64,000 nt of DNA from Lingula anatina. Taxonomy: Eukaryota; Animalia; Brachiopoda. Numbering within the stretch: position 1 is the first letter of the stretch; every line of letters starts with the position of its first letter. The notes under the pieces were generated by a model. It ran no database searches and was not told the origin of the DNA. It was given only the letters and a program-made list of their open reading frames with translations. Below, one piece after another: positions 35,732 to 48,661 of this stretch. The position numbers and the translations under genes are program-made. The stretch lies in assembly GCA_051362555.1 (NCBI GenBank), contig CM120648.1, positions 17,046,587 to 17,110,586 on the forward strand. The letters are read 5' to 3'.

Positions 35732-38700
35732 CACCCAAACCCAATATAGAGGTGCATTTCACAAGTTCAAGTCTTAAAAAATGAAATTGAATGAATTCGA
35801 TGTATTATCCAATTTTTTAAAACTTACATGTGTATAGAACAAAAACCCACAAATGTCCCAATTTTACGCCCACGGGTTTCTCTTTTGTAAGTAAATAAAT
35901 TGATAGCCGTTTGAAGTGAAAAAAGCGTAAGAAAGAACATACGTTACCACTGAATCGCCTGATACAAACACGATCATTAGTTGAGCACTGTGGAAATTTG
36001 TGCAAGCTAAACACTATCAGAACCCTATGAGTCATTAATAATGGAAAAGTGATAGGAAAATACCTTTAAATTGACCAGATCTAGGAAAATTACTTTCAAA
36101 CTAAAGATCATTTTTCATTACAATGTCCACGTTGATGACTCTTTCAATAGCAGTTATTGTCAATTGTATAGATAATTGAAAACTTTGTTACCTAAAAGTT
36201 ATCTACCACTGGTCATATTCGTCGTGAATTTAAAACTCATTGACAGTTTCAAATTTTGGGTGTATTAGTTACAATACCAACTACACCTCGCTTCCTACGC
36301 ATACCGTAATGTAACGTATGTTCCACAGCCATAGAAAAGATACTGGACACGAGTTTAATAAATATTGATAAGAAATTTTTCGCGTCTTTTCGTAGAATTT
36401 ATTGAGGTGTTTAAAAGTAACTCAGACATCAAACGTGCTAACCTATTACACAAACACGATCCGCGTATCAAACGTCTTAATCATTTGCATGTAAAGAAAT
36501 ACAGTTCCCAGAAACATCTAACCTCCCACCTCTTTAAACGAAGCCTTTTTCAACACACCTATAGGTTTTCAAATACAGTAGAGAATTCGTTCAAAATGAG
36601 CTTTACTATCCTCTCTGAAAGGTCTAAATTGTCTTGCGGATTTCGGCACTTTTGGGAATTAAAAAAAATGTATATATATAATGTTTGTTCCATCTATAAA
36701 AAGTAAGTGGCTCACAAAATTACGTTTTTAAGTCTTTCTATTGAGTGGGTATAAGAAACAGGTATCACTTTAGAGTTCTAGGGTCTCTACGGTCCTCATC
36801 AGTCGCTATTTAAGACACATTATAGGCTGCATGATATGTTGTAAAAGTTTCCTTGAGATTTCTTAGATGTTCATACAGTGTGATGGATGATTTTTTTTTT
36901 TTTTTTTTTTGGTTACTGGTGCTCTTGGGCTCTACTATAGTCGTCTCGTTCAAATGTATACAGCTTGCCTTTTTTTCCTGCTACTCCCATCCGTCGACTT
37001 TTCGATCAGTTCATCCCCTTTTCGCGAGTTTTCGACCAACGATTCCGGCAAATGCCAGTAGCAGCGGAAAGAAATCTGAGACAACGGTACGTCTTCGCAA
37101 TCTTCTCAGCCACTATATTATGCAAAATGTTCATCTTACTTCTTGGTGTAACTCGTTAAACTTGACCCACTGTAGCTAAAAACATTTTCTATAAGTCATC
37201 ATATTTTTAGGATGATGAGTCTTATTGAATATTATGTGTATATATAATATTATTTTTATCTTAGGATAAAGGCAACAATTTGCTACATTGTTATTATTGC
37301 TAAAATAATTAGGGTAGTGGGGTTATAAGATATAAAATAAATTGTTTGACCAAATCGATATTCTTTGTTGCCTTCTTTTTGTTATAAATAAGACTATGAA
37401 AGTTTGTGGTACACTGGGATGGAGGAGACATAAAAGTAATTGCTTCTGCACAGTACTAGTGTTAGCTTGGGTCTATAGCCTGCTGTATGATGCGTTCTGT
37501 CTTAATTTTGGGGCATGTGGGAAATTCAGGTGGTTCCGTATTTCGTCTTCTACAATGGCTAAACGTTGCCGGATAGCATTTTCCCTCTTTCTTGCGGAAT
37601 TAACCTGTGATTGTAGTTCTTTAATTGTTCATTGTGACTGCCTTCAGTTTCTTCTCAATCATTTCCACATTGTGGCCACCTCGCACACACAACAAGTCTC
37701 TCAGCTGGTGATTGCTGTGGACTTGCCTCGGCAACTTCTATAGCAGCTAGGAGCTCTTCTTTCCTTTGGTGAAGTCTACGTTTTTGCGATTTAGTCTTCG
37801 CATGCCTCTTTTGTCTTTCACGACATTTATAAGGAGGCGGAAGGTAGGCCTACATAGTATTTTGAACCCGTTTTCTTTCGCTTCCAAATAAGCGTCACCC
37901 TCGATTTTTTACGAGATCGATATATTTTTTTAAATCTCAGCTCTGGTTTCGCATTTTTTTCTGAAATAATGATGTTCCGTTCGGTATCAATGTATTTGGC
38001 ACTGCGCTCACTGCGCTCGTTGGCGATTATTTTTTCCTTCCATAGTCTTGTTTGACATTTATTTCCGTCTTTGACATTCATTTCTGTATTTGAATTAAAT
38101 TTTTTATTACGACAAAATCATTCACTTCGCTGACATCGTTACTGAGGATTTTATGGATTTATTTACACTTGTAACTAACCTCATCTAATCTTTAGCTCGA
38201 GCAGACGTCAAAAAGAACCACCTGACATCACAAACAGAAGCTATTTTTCTTTCGGAGCCAGTTTCGGGCACAAGTAGATTTTCACTGGTAACGTATGTTC
38301 CGGTAACGTATGTTCCAGGCCACCTAATTTTTATTTTCATAACGTGTTCTTATATATTTTAAAGTGATTCGATCATGTTAAATTAAACATGACGTAAGGA
38401 CGTTTTTTATAAACATTTAAACCATAACTAATGGGGCCTACGTCATAGCTAATACTAGGTAACGTATGTTCCCTAGGAAAATTGACAAAATGTTTCATTT
38501 TCTACAAGTACTTGGTGCAAGAGAAAACAATGTTTTCTTTTGCTGCCAGAAAAATATATAGTGATTCCATGATAGTTTGACATTTCAGATATAATATTTG
38601 GAGCACGAGGGGAAAAATAATTTATTAAATGCTTATTTTACTGTCGGTAGGGTGTATTTTCCCAGTTTTTTTAATATTCAGTGACAGGCAAACTTAAGTC

Positions 38701-39048
38701 GCTAAAAAACAATTAACTGCTCTATACAAAAGCTTTTCGTAATTTTTTACAACGTTATACTTGTAGGAGATAAATTAAAGAACAAAACCCGTGATGATCG
38801 AATTTTCAAAGTGATTAAAACGTTTCCACAGCTAGACGTTATGCATTTGTGACAGTAACGTATGTTCCTTTTTGGGGTTAGATGATGAATTATTTTTTAT
38901 TATTCGTGGTTCAAGGAAAGTGAAACTTTAATACAAACTTCTTTATGTGGGACCCTAAAATAATCAAACATAGTTTGTAATCTGTGCACTACATATTTTT
39001 AGGAACATGCCTGTGACATCGTTTGCACCTCTATATTGGGTTTGGGTG
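35732..39048 (-). mobile_element. 3.3-kb non-autonomous DNA transposon with CAC..GTG termini and 4-bp TSD (Chapaev/CMC- or Sola-like)
   Basis: Perfect 25-bp TIR CACCCAAACCCAATATAGAGGTGCA. AGCA is duplicated (35728-31, 39049-52), confirmed by the empty site in the 50697 copy. Six internal GTAACGTATGTTC motifs. Confidence 0.9.
36800..38090 (-). pseudogene. Decayed coding remnant, probably transposase N-terminus
   Basis: Minus-strand fragments MNVKDGNK.., KCRERQKRHAKTKSQKRRLHQRKEELL.., NILHNIVAEKIAKTYRCLRFLS.., FERDDYSR.., broken by stops and frameshifts, lying inside the TIR element. Identity is inferred from context. Confidence 0.45.
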
Positions 39049-40221
39049 AGCAGCCCGTACGTTCGGTTGGGACCTAGGCTTTACATGGGCGCCGTGCGAT
39101 GAAACTGTCCGTACGATTTTATTATTATTATTATTTTTTGGAATCGTAAGGAGCTACGAACTACGCCGAGTATGTTTACATTACATGGCCTTAAATCCGA
39201 AAGATTCCGTGCGATTTCGCACTGCCACCGTCTACCTCCGCTCAGACGCCGTACGAAAAGGGTATTACTGGCAGTATACGTGCACCGCACGGGCATTGCA
39301 TTTCAAATGTAATCTAGGCTTTACAATCATTCAGTCAATAATTGGTACCAAACACGATCTATAGCTTCATATTCAGGATAAAAAGTAACTGTATGACTGT
39401 AAATGATGGGTACACTTTTTGAGTTTATTGCTTCATATATTCTAGTTCCTTCGTTTCATCTTTATTCCTTTTATTCTTTTTATTGAGACTCTCAAGGCCA
39501 AGCGTATCATCTCAATCTCTCCAAATACCACCGGTACCTTGGAGGTTTATAATTTCCTATCCTGTTGCACAATGTGCGCCATGCTAGACAGATCTCCATG
39601 TTCAATCCTGCCACCAGGGAAACAGGGATTACAGAGAAACCAAATTATCTGAACCATGGGAACATGCCGGCTATTCACATTTACTATCTTCTATTTGGGA
39701 TTTCAGGTCGTGTTCAATTTGATAAAAAAATGGTATTAAACAGTTGCTTCTGAGTTTTCTGGTTTTGGTGTTATTTTCTAAGCAACTTCGCCACTTAAAG
39801 TAGATACATGTCATGCTCTACCTATACAAGGCGCATTGCATATACAAAAACAAAGACATATATAGTCCTAGTACCATGACTTAAGTACTATTTTGTTTTA
39901 CCTAAAACTGAGATTTAATCTATCACACAGGAGTAAATGACAAAACCACGTCAACCTTTTCTCGGAATATTGAATTAAATCATGAGTAAATTCTCCGAAT
40001 GGACGTATGTACGTCTAAGAGTAGTTGAATGGCATCACGTCATACATAATAAAACTGTCTTCCTCTCTGCTCAGTGTCGTCTGCGCCATACAATAGATTG
40101 TGGGTTTTCTGTGTTCATGTTTCACGTTATTTCTCTACTCCGTAATGTGACGTCGTAGGAAATTAATAATTTGTTCCTTTGAGTGTTGGGTTAAAATACA
40201 CAATTCGACCAAAAGCTGCAA

Positions 40222-41160
40222 TGAGAGTGGCTTTAACTCGCATATCTGTTTATTTATCCATTAGGAAATTCTGAGAATTGGTCAGAAGTGTTAATGTCTT
40301 GTCCCGTGGTCAAATTACTGGCAAATTGATTCAGCGTTGACAGTCTTCGTTACGCCTCAAACTCTTTTTGCAGAACGCCTTTGCAGTCGGTTAAAAGTTT
40401 AAGTTGTTAAATTTCTTTTCTTCGCCGTTATAAACATATCATGTAAAATATTTACTTTATAAATCATGGATTTTAAAGATTGATATATACCTATATTTTT
40501 AAAGACGCCGTAGTAGGCTGTATTAAGATAGCTGATGTGAGCAGAGAGAAGTCATCTAATTACTTGAATACAGATGATCCACGATTAGTAATTTTATGGC
40601 GCACAATCTATCACATCCTTTTAATGTCGAATTTTGAGAACCATTACGTGCGCGTGAGAGTGGTTTTCATTCGCATATCTGCTTTGACAAATTCTAATTA
40701 TTGGTCACAACTGTTAATGTCTCTCTGTAGAGCAGTCTCTCTGGTCAAATTACTAGCAAATTGTCTCTACGGTGAGTCTTTGCTACTTCTCAAACATCTT
40801 CTGTTTTTATTGTTCGCATACACCTCCCCTCACCTTTAGTCAAATGCACATAAGTTGTACAATGTAGCTTCTCTTTTCTCGCCTGTCGGGGACATTAAAA
40901 CATTTATACCATTTTCGGTAACTTCACGAAGACTGTGAATTTCTAAACGTCCCCGACACGTATACGTATAGGCATCACATCAAATATTTCATAAATCGTG
41001 GATTTTTAAGATTTGTTTTAAAATTCAGATACCTTTATTGTTTAAAGACGCTGTAGTAGTAATTTGAATTAAGAAAACTGATGTGAGCAGAGATAAAAAA
41101 ATCTTACCTGAACAGAGATGATCTTAGATCAGTAATCTAATGGCGAACAATTTATCATAT
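40222..41160. repeat. Old tandem duplication (~400 and ~500-bp copies)
   Basis: TGAGAGTGG..TCGCATATCTG, GGTCAAATTACT.GCAAATTG, TTTAAAGACGC.GTAGTAG and CTGATGTGAGCAGAGA recur in the same order at 40222-40617 and 40655-41160. Confidence 0.8.
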
Positions 41161-42796
41161 TTATACTTCTGATATGACGATGACGTGCGTTATGAAGTCC
41201 AATTACGTTCAAAGAGGAGGCCTAAGTAATTGCGGCAAGACCGCTTCCTTCATTTCGCTGCCATTCGCCAACTGCGAAGATAGAAAATAGAATCACGTGT
41301 TAATAAGTCTCCTTTGATCGTTGGTTGTTTCCAAGTATCTCTTATACTGGTTGTATTAATATATCCGCCTAGTGACATCATATGATGTATTATTAACGTG
41401 ACGGTGTGTATTGGATGGGTGTAATGCATTATTGAAGGAGATATTTTATGGTATTTTACAGTATTGCCATGCACTCATGCTTATTTCAATTAGTTTAAAA
41501 AAACTGGCAAATTATTTGCTTATCAACAACCTTTAGCGGCGATGATTCTAGTGGAGGTTGGGGGAGGGGAGGGGAGAGGGAGGGGGGAGAGGGGGAGTCA
41601 GGGGGGTCAGATGTAGAGTAGCTCCATCCTTAAACAAGTTGTAAACTTCTAATTTGAATTAACGATATTTCTAGATCATGTGCTTTCTTTTAAAGTACCT
41701 TGTTTTTCAATGTCTCAGTTCTTTATCTTGTTCAAGGTAACGTAAACAACGACGAAATTATAAAAAACTACTTCATTTACGCACGTCATCCGTATTAATC
41801 AGGCACTTTAAAGCGTCCTCAGCGGATTATTATCAAAAGCCAACATCTGAGAAGCAGGACGTGAAAATGTCACCGAAATTGTGACAAAGCGTTCCTCCTG
41901 GAAAGAATCGCTCACCTCCTGTGGGGACGACATTTTGTAGGAAATGACGCCTCAGTCAATCACGACAGTCGGTAGAGCGCCCCCTGACGTGAGGCACCTG
42001 TTATCTAAGGTTGACACATGTGTCCTTGGACAGTTAATTACCTTGCTCCTCAATGGCAAATCTATTGCATTCAATACAAAAATTGAATAAAGCCTCAATG
42101 TCATCACAGAAAGTCTGTCCCCGTGCGTTTAAAACGGGCAACAACGGTGGGTTAAGAAAAGCTGTGAATTTTTTTAATGTGTAGATCTGCAGGTATTTTA
42201 GTCTTCTGAATTCTTTGCCAGTTTATTACTTCACGCATGAATGAGAAAACCATAGCATTCACTGAAAAGCTGACACAGCTAAATAAAGCGACACCTTTGA
42301 CATAGCGAATCTTCCTTCACAACTTTATATCGGGCATCAACACTTTGGAGAAAATTGGTATTTTTGCAAATCAATTCAAACCAGTTGATTGATTCGCCTA
42401 ATAAAGAAGTCAATTGTTAACTATGTAAAGAAATCGATCAACTGGAAGCTATAGACAGCCTCAGACCCAAGCTACAGAAGTTTATTGTTTTGTTAGATAT
42501 TGTAGAATGTATTTGTTCGCAGAAACAGTTGCGAATGTGCGTAAATGGATTTAAAACCCTTACTATGTTACCTTTAAAGAGGATACTGTCGTGCTGCTCA
42601 TGTTGTTTCACTCCGTGGTGTGTTCGAGTTAATTGTTGCCACATGCACTCACACGCGCGCGTACATACACATAAGCACACATACATACAAACACACGCAG
42701 TGTCTGTTGTGGAATGCTAACAGGGAGTCAGGAGCGGGAGGAAAACATAACCCCTCGACATTCACCTTGGTTCTGTGTGTACAACAGTGCAGGTAA

Positions 42797-43053
42797 GGGG
42801 ACATCCAGAAGAGATGAACCGAGTACGAACTGATCCGCCGACTAAATATGGCCGACCCCACTTCAAAAGCGATGCCGCTAATTCCGTGATTGTCTCCCCG
42901 CCTTCACACGCGCGGAGGCCCAGCAATTTAACCTCGGAGCCGAGATTTCATCAGTTTTATGGCGCGTGTTGAGGAGGGGAGATCATCGGCTGTGGTTTCC
43001 ATATTTAGTCGGCGTATCAGTTAGTACTCGGATCATCCATTATGAATGGTCCC
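42797..43053. mobile_element. Harbinger-like MITE, TAA TSD
   Basis: TAA|GGGGAC.. ..GGTCCC|TAA with a long TIR CCGAGTACGAACTGATCCGCCGACTAAATATGG / CCATATTTAGTCGGCGTATCAGTTAGTACTCGG. Confidence 0.8.
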
Positions 43054-44820
43054 TAAGTCATTGGAAAGGGATTTCTGTGTGTGTGTGTTGGGGGGGGGGG
43101 GGGGGGGGGGGGGGGGGAGGAGGGCATCCTCTGTAACTTCTGTGGCCAGGCTCCAACACTAAGACATTTCCTTAAAAGACAAAGATGACGCGTTTTGTGA
43201 TCGATTAATACCGTCTGACTTCTATTAGCCATGTTTAAAACATTAAATCATTACAGCACTACTTGTTCAAAAACAATCGACATTCGCGATCACGCAAGGC
43301 AGCTGATAAGGGAGATAATGAAGAGATGTGACAGGAATGGTTAAGAAGACGGGTTTGGATAAAGTGCTAAAATGAATGAAGATTAGCTGGTAAAGGGTAA
43401 AGCAGGGAAAACGCGATAAATATGCGATTTATGGAGAATTCCATGCCAATAAATTGACACGTTTTCTATTTAACGAATGTTAACGTCCGTATGAAGGCCC
43501 GCGGTCAGATGAAAAGGTACAGCGAAATAAAAATGATTGAAAGCCACACAACTTTACCATGCCCAAGGCAACGAAGATGCAACGATAAAAATAACACGTT
43601 AACAGGTAATTAACTTCATTTATCCCCCGAGCAGTATTAGTGGAGATACATAAAGTGATGTTCTATAACATTAATTACCAGTGAGCATTCTCTGTCTCGC
43701 CTGACAACGCTGGCACCTGGCTATGTAACTGCCACAATACGGCATTATAAGTACACGTACATTGTTAAAACCATGTCTATTGAACGCTAACAGGAAGTGA
43801 TAAACAAAATCTTATCTACAAGTAAGAAATACTTCATGTAGTCCCCATTCCTGATGTCGTATAGAAATTCCGCTAAAGCACACAATGATGTACGTGTACG
43901 AGGACCAGTTACGGCGCACTCGTTCTATTACGGGTAAAGGCACTTCAGTAATGCATCGACTTCAATGCATGTAGGGGAGGATTTTTTTATACAAAATACG
44001 TTAGGTGGGTGAAGACATTCATCTTGTATTATCACTCCCCGCATCTGTATTTATGGGTAATACGCGACGAGAGATAAAGACACCATATGAAGAAAAGCTA
44101 TAAGATTTGATCTTGGTGATGCAACCAATCAAAGGATCAATACGTTAGAAGACGTCACTGAGCACTGCGCTTAGCTTTGTTCTGTCGTCAAACCGTCAAG
44201 TCAAGCCTCAGTATTTAGGTAGATTAAAGGATATTCTGCTAGTACGCAGATGATTGAGTTAGCCTTATTCTTCGTTTTGACATTTCTTTTTTGTTTGAGA
44301 CTATGTGTTCTACCATTGCCACATACTACCACCAGTAATGAGCGCGTCTTCCTCGTGGTAAACTGTAGTCATGGTTTGGTTAGCAAGCACAAAACTCATT
44401 TAATTTTAACACTTAATATTCCTCGTGAACCATCAAGGTCGAGATCAGGTCACTGTTGCACTCGCCTACGGGAATACTCTGTGCTAAGAATATCTCTTTA
44501 AGTTAGCATCAAATAAGCAGTGACCACCTGTTGCCGATATGACAGCCAATCTCTATTTGAAGCAACAATAGCAATCTTTGCCTCAGAATTCATTGACTGC
44601 CTTATTGATGCCACATACTGGCGATACCCACGGACTGATGGGATTATCGCCATAATTCAATTTGACGTAGGCCGCTTGCTTTCAATAGCCGCGATAGTTT
44701 AGACAATCATCTCAGTCGGCTAATTTGGGAAGAAAGATTTAAGGTTATCTTTACACTTGGTTGTACGGCATCCACTTGTCCGCAGTAGCAGAATGGCCGC
44801 GGGAGGTCAGAAAATAATTA

Positions 44821-46162
44821 CAATTGGCGCAGTTTGAAAGAGATATGAAAGACCACCCCATGGGTGCTATGACGAGCCATTAGAAAATAGAGAAACTAAT
44901 GTATTAAAAGCACTCGAAGAGCACAGATCGCCAAAAAAAGGAACTAAGCTTTTATATTTATTAATTATTAGCTTAATTAACACACATAATATACAATTAT
45001 TATAAAACTGAATAATATAAGTTAAAATAAATCAATGAACCAAATTAATGAAGTTGCCAATAATAAATTAGTATATCCCATTTCTTATCTACATTTCCGA
45101 AAATCCTACATAGTCAGACAGACTAACCTTAAACTAATAATAACATATTAACAGATGAATCAACAACACAAACACCCATTTCTTACTGTGTCCACTCCCC
45201 ACAATTTCCGAAACCTTCAACAAAATCACCTTTACCAGAATATTGCCAAGAGACCAGCAGATCAACGGAACAGGGGTATACGCTCCAATGGTCTGACTAA
45301 TCTCTGAACATACGGACGCTACCAGTCGGTTACATAATTCCTGATAAGGTTCTTCTTCATTTTTGTTACCGGCTATACCAAGGACCACCGTAGTATCAGA
45401 AGATACCCATGCGTATGGCGAGTATGTTTTTGCATGTAAATATGTGACCTCCTTTACGTAGATAATTCTATTCGTGTGTTACCCTCAACTTATGTCTGCG
45501 GTCAATGATGCTTAGTAAACTTAGCTAATCGGGTAACCAAATCGTTCACTAATAAGATACTAAAATGCAATGAATTATAATATTTTAACCTACAGTACTT
45601 TTTGCCGTTATAAGGAAGTAGATATGTTGTATATTTCCAATAGCTTACATCAGAGATATGGTATGGAAGACAAAGTAGCAAAGCTAGATTTTTTTACCTT
45701 ACCTAGTTCTCTGACCTCACCTAGATTATTAACCTCATATAGGTCACTGCCTCAACTAGGTCATTCACCTCACGTGGGTCACTAACCTCTCTAGGTCATT
45801 CACCTCACATAGGTCAATTATCATAACTGGCGCAGTTTGTAGGAGATATTAAAAACGACCTCTTGGAAGGCGTAATGATCCACGAAAAAAGTGAAACTGC
45901 AGTTAGTAACGCTTAGATAGCGCAGACCTCCGCCAAGGCAGCTCAACTATCGTTATTATTATTGATTGATCAATTAATCATTCAACGTACTTATCATTAT
46001 TATTGATTAGTTACTTATTTAATTGATTAAGGTACGTTAAAATACATTAACAAAATTAACTAATTTTAACTATTGTAAATGAACTAAATAAATATATATT
46101 GAATTTCCTGCCTAAGAAAAAACTGCATCTAAATCCATTTTTTTTCATTATGTTGACAGACA
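44821..46162 (+). repeat. Two diverged copies of an unclassified ~300-bp interspersed repeat (44821-45122, 45826-46162)
   Basis: Shared TGGCGCAGTTTG..GAGATAT, AGC(A/G)CAGA..CGCCAA, an AT-rich core and a GACAGAC end. Confidence 0.5.
45690..45820. repeat. Degenerate tandem repeat (ACCTCA..TAGGTCA)
   Basis: Seen directly; about 7 related short units. Confidence 0.6.
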
Positions 46163-48367
46163 AGTTATTCTACTGTTTTAGTCAAGTAGGTGTGAAATGA
46201 AACTGGCTAAGTTTAGTGTCTGAGCCGCTGAGACCAAACTGATTCACTACATTATGCAATAGATATTCATTTTGGCCTATGAGATCGAGGTCGTTTCTTC
46301 ATTTGTGAAGATATCAACGTCCCTGTTGGCGTGAACGTAATGAAAATGGCATTGATAGTCTGTGGCCTTGATTTTCTTTTCTTTATCTCAAGGTTAGAAT
46401 AATCAGTAAAGTTGCTTTGCGGTCTTGGTGAACCAGAGGGAACAGAAATATTTACGCAATGAGCAACCCAGTGGGAAGCGTTGTCTCTGAAGTCTGTCAG
46501 GCAAGTAGATCTGTGTGTCTGCAGTACATGGAAAGGTTGTGCTCTGAGATTTACCGTACTACAATGAGTCGAAATCAGTAACATACGCCGCATCTGTACC
46601 ACCCCTCCCCATCTCTGTGGTAAACCCCTGGGGTCCGAGTCCACAAATAATTGAACACTGGAAGTCGTGTTTTAGACTATTAGGTCGTCTTCAGACCTAA
46701 AGTACAATTAGGTTACCATATCAAGTAGCCCTTGGCCCTTAATACTTTAGCTATGTATTCCATTGTTTTTTGCTAGTTTTACTGGTAATTCTTTCTTTTT
46801 CCGCCGTGAGCATGGTTTTCTTCGACCAAACGTCAGTCTGATGCCTGAACCACTGTAATGTTTCCACTGCAGTGTTTGCTGTATCAGTAAATGGATGGCA
46901 TTTTAGTTAATTGTGTTAAGCTTCAGCCCTTGGGTCAGTGTCCTTAGTAGATTACTAAAGGTAACTATCATTGTTTTTAAATAGGATGACTGAAAGAAAA
47001 ACTTATTTTGACTATAGTCTGCCTTTGAAGTATGCTTTAAAACTTACCAAACTTAAAGTAGGTTTTGATGCCATGGCAGACTTTCACGTATATGTCAATG
47101 ATATGAGTAAAAACACGATGTCAACTTCGGACAGTGTCGCTATGAATCGCTTCGTTCAATGTTTCCGCGAAAAATTGTGTTAATACCCAAGTCACATTAG
47201 AGGCGGAATGAGCTACTAGTAGAATGCCGTCGGAATGTAAATTCTTTGTATATTCCTGGATATTCTTAGGGGCTTAAGTTATAGAATATTCTCTCCATGT
47301 AATCAATTCTTCCTTACGCCCAAGTACACTCATCTTAAGTACATCTTTTGTACGTTAGTAAAATGGATCATTTTTGTGTAAAACATGGTTTTATGTAATT
47401 GCTTTTGGATAAAATGTCCACTTTAAACAAATCGAGTTATATCTTTGTGCCGCCATGAGTGCATCATCATTTAAACACGTACACTATCCAGATGTACTGG
47501 TAATGTGTTCAATGAATCGTAACATCTTCTCCGGTGTCTGTGTGTTTACCTCAAAGAACATGACAGATTATGTCTAGAACGATCTGTTACAGTTGACGAA
47601 TCACACGCAATAGAGCAATAATGAAATAATAAAGAACATGCAATCATCCCAGTGTTCAAGTGCTGATGATATGTTTTCCCTCACTTAAACCTGAGGCAGG
47701 ACAAGCTAAGAAGAGAACGTAATAATTTAGCGTATTATTGCCATCATAAAAGAGCTAATTCAATGTTTAAATCAGCTTGATTTATTATTACAGGTTTTCT
47801 TGTAACTTTCCAACAACGTGGTTTAAGTTCATTTACTATGGTTAACGTTATTTGATTAAAACTATTGCTTCACGGAAGTAAAATCTTTAATCAAGTTTTT
47901 TTCGATTTTCCCTGAAAAGTCATTTAAACGTAGACAGCTGAAGGCCATTAAATTAGACCGGTTTGGGACAGTGTTTTGAATGCGTAAACTAACATCGTTT
48001 TATATTGAAATGAGAAAATTGCATATCTTTTGAATCAAAATAAAACAATTAGCAATAAAAAACACCGAGACCCTAAGTAATTTTCACTTTTGCTTGAAAA
48101 CATAGACTGTAGGATTCGACATGCTGGCTCAGTATAAATTCAAACATAAGAACAATAAAAAACATGGTTTCGCTTTTGAGAGACCAATGCATTGGATACT
48201 GGCAGTAAAAAAGAAATAGTGATTAAATATTCCCCGCAATGTTTAACTCAATGTCATCCATAAGATAATGTTGCTCATAGAGGTGTGAGGTTGGGGTGGG
48301 GGGGGTGGGGGTAGGGAGAATATGGGTTGGGGGGTGTGTGGGGTTTGGAGGGTGTCTGAGGGTTGGG

Positions 48368-48661
48368 GTGTGTGATGGTTAGAGGGTATGTGGGCGTTGG
48401 AGGGTGTGTGATGGTTAGAGGGTATGTGGGCGTTGGAGGGTGTGTGATGGTTAGAGGGTATGTGGGCGTTGGAGGGTGTGTGATGGTTAGAGGGTATGTG
48501 GGCGTTGGAGGGTGTGTGATGGTTAGAGGGTATGTGGGCGTTGGAGGGTGTGTGATGGTTAGAGGGTATGTGGGCGTTGGAGGGTGTGTGATGGTTAGAG
48601 GGTATGTGGGCGTTGGAGGGTGTGTGATGGTTAGAGGGTATGTGGGCGTTGGAGGGTGTGT
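48368..48661. repeat. 36-bp G-rich minisatellite, ~8 identical copies
   Basis: Unit GTGTGTGATGGTTAGAGGGTATGTGGGCGTTGGAGG, embedded in degenerate GT-rich flanks at 48285-48790. Confidence 0.95.

Larger units (their letters stand above)
35510..39080 (+). mobile_element. MITE family C (middle element of the nest), Harbinger-like, TTA TSD
   Basis: TTA|AGCCTAGGTCCCAA ... TTGGGACCTAGGCT|TTA; an uninterrupted reverse-complement copy at 50697-50943. Confidence 0.9.
35493..39320. mobile_element. MITE family D (outer element of the nest), Harbinger-like
   Basis: Perfect 16-bp TIR AGCCTAGATTACATTT / AAATGTAATCTAGGCT with TAA/TTA flanks; its own body is 35493-35509 plus 39081-39320. Confidence 0.8.

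Noticed and set aside
45134-46644. 84-aa and 125-aa minus-strand ORFs
   Set aside because: No family motifs recognised in any frame I read; cannot be supported as exons.
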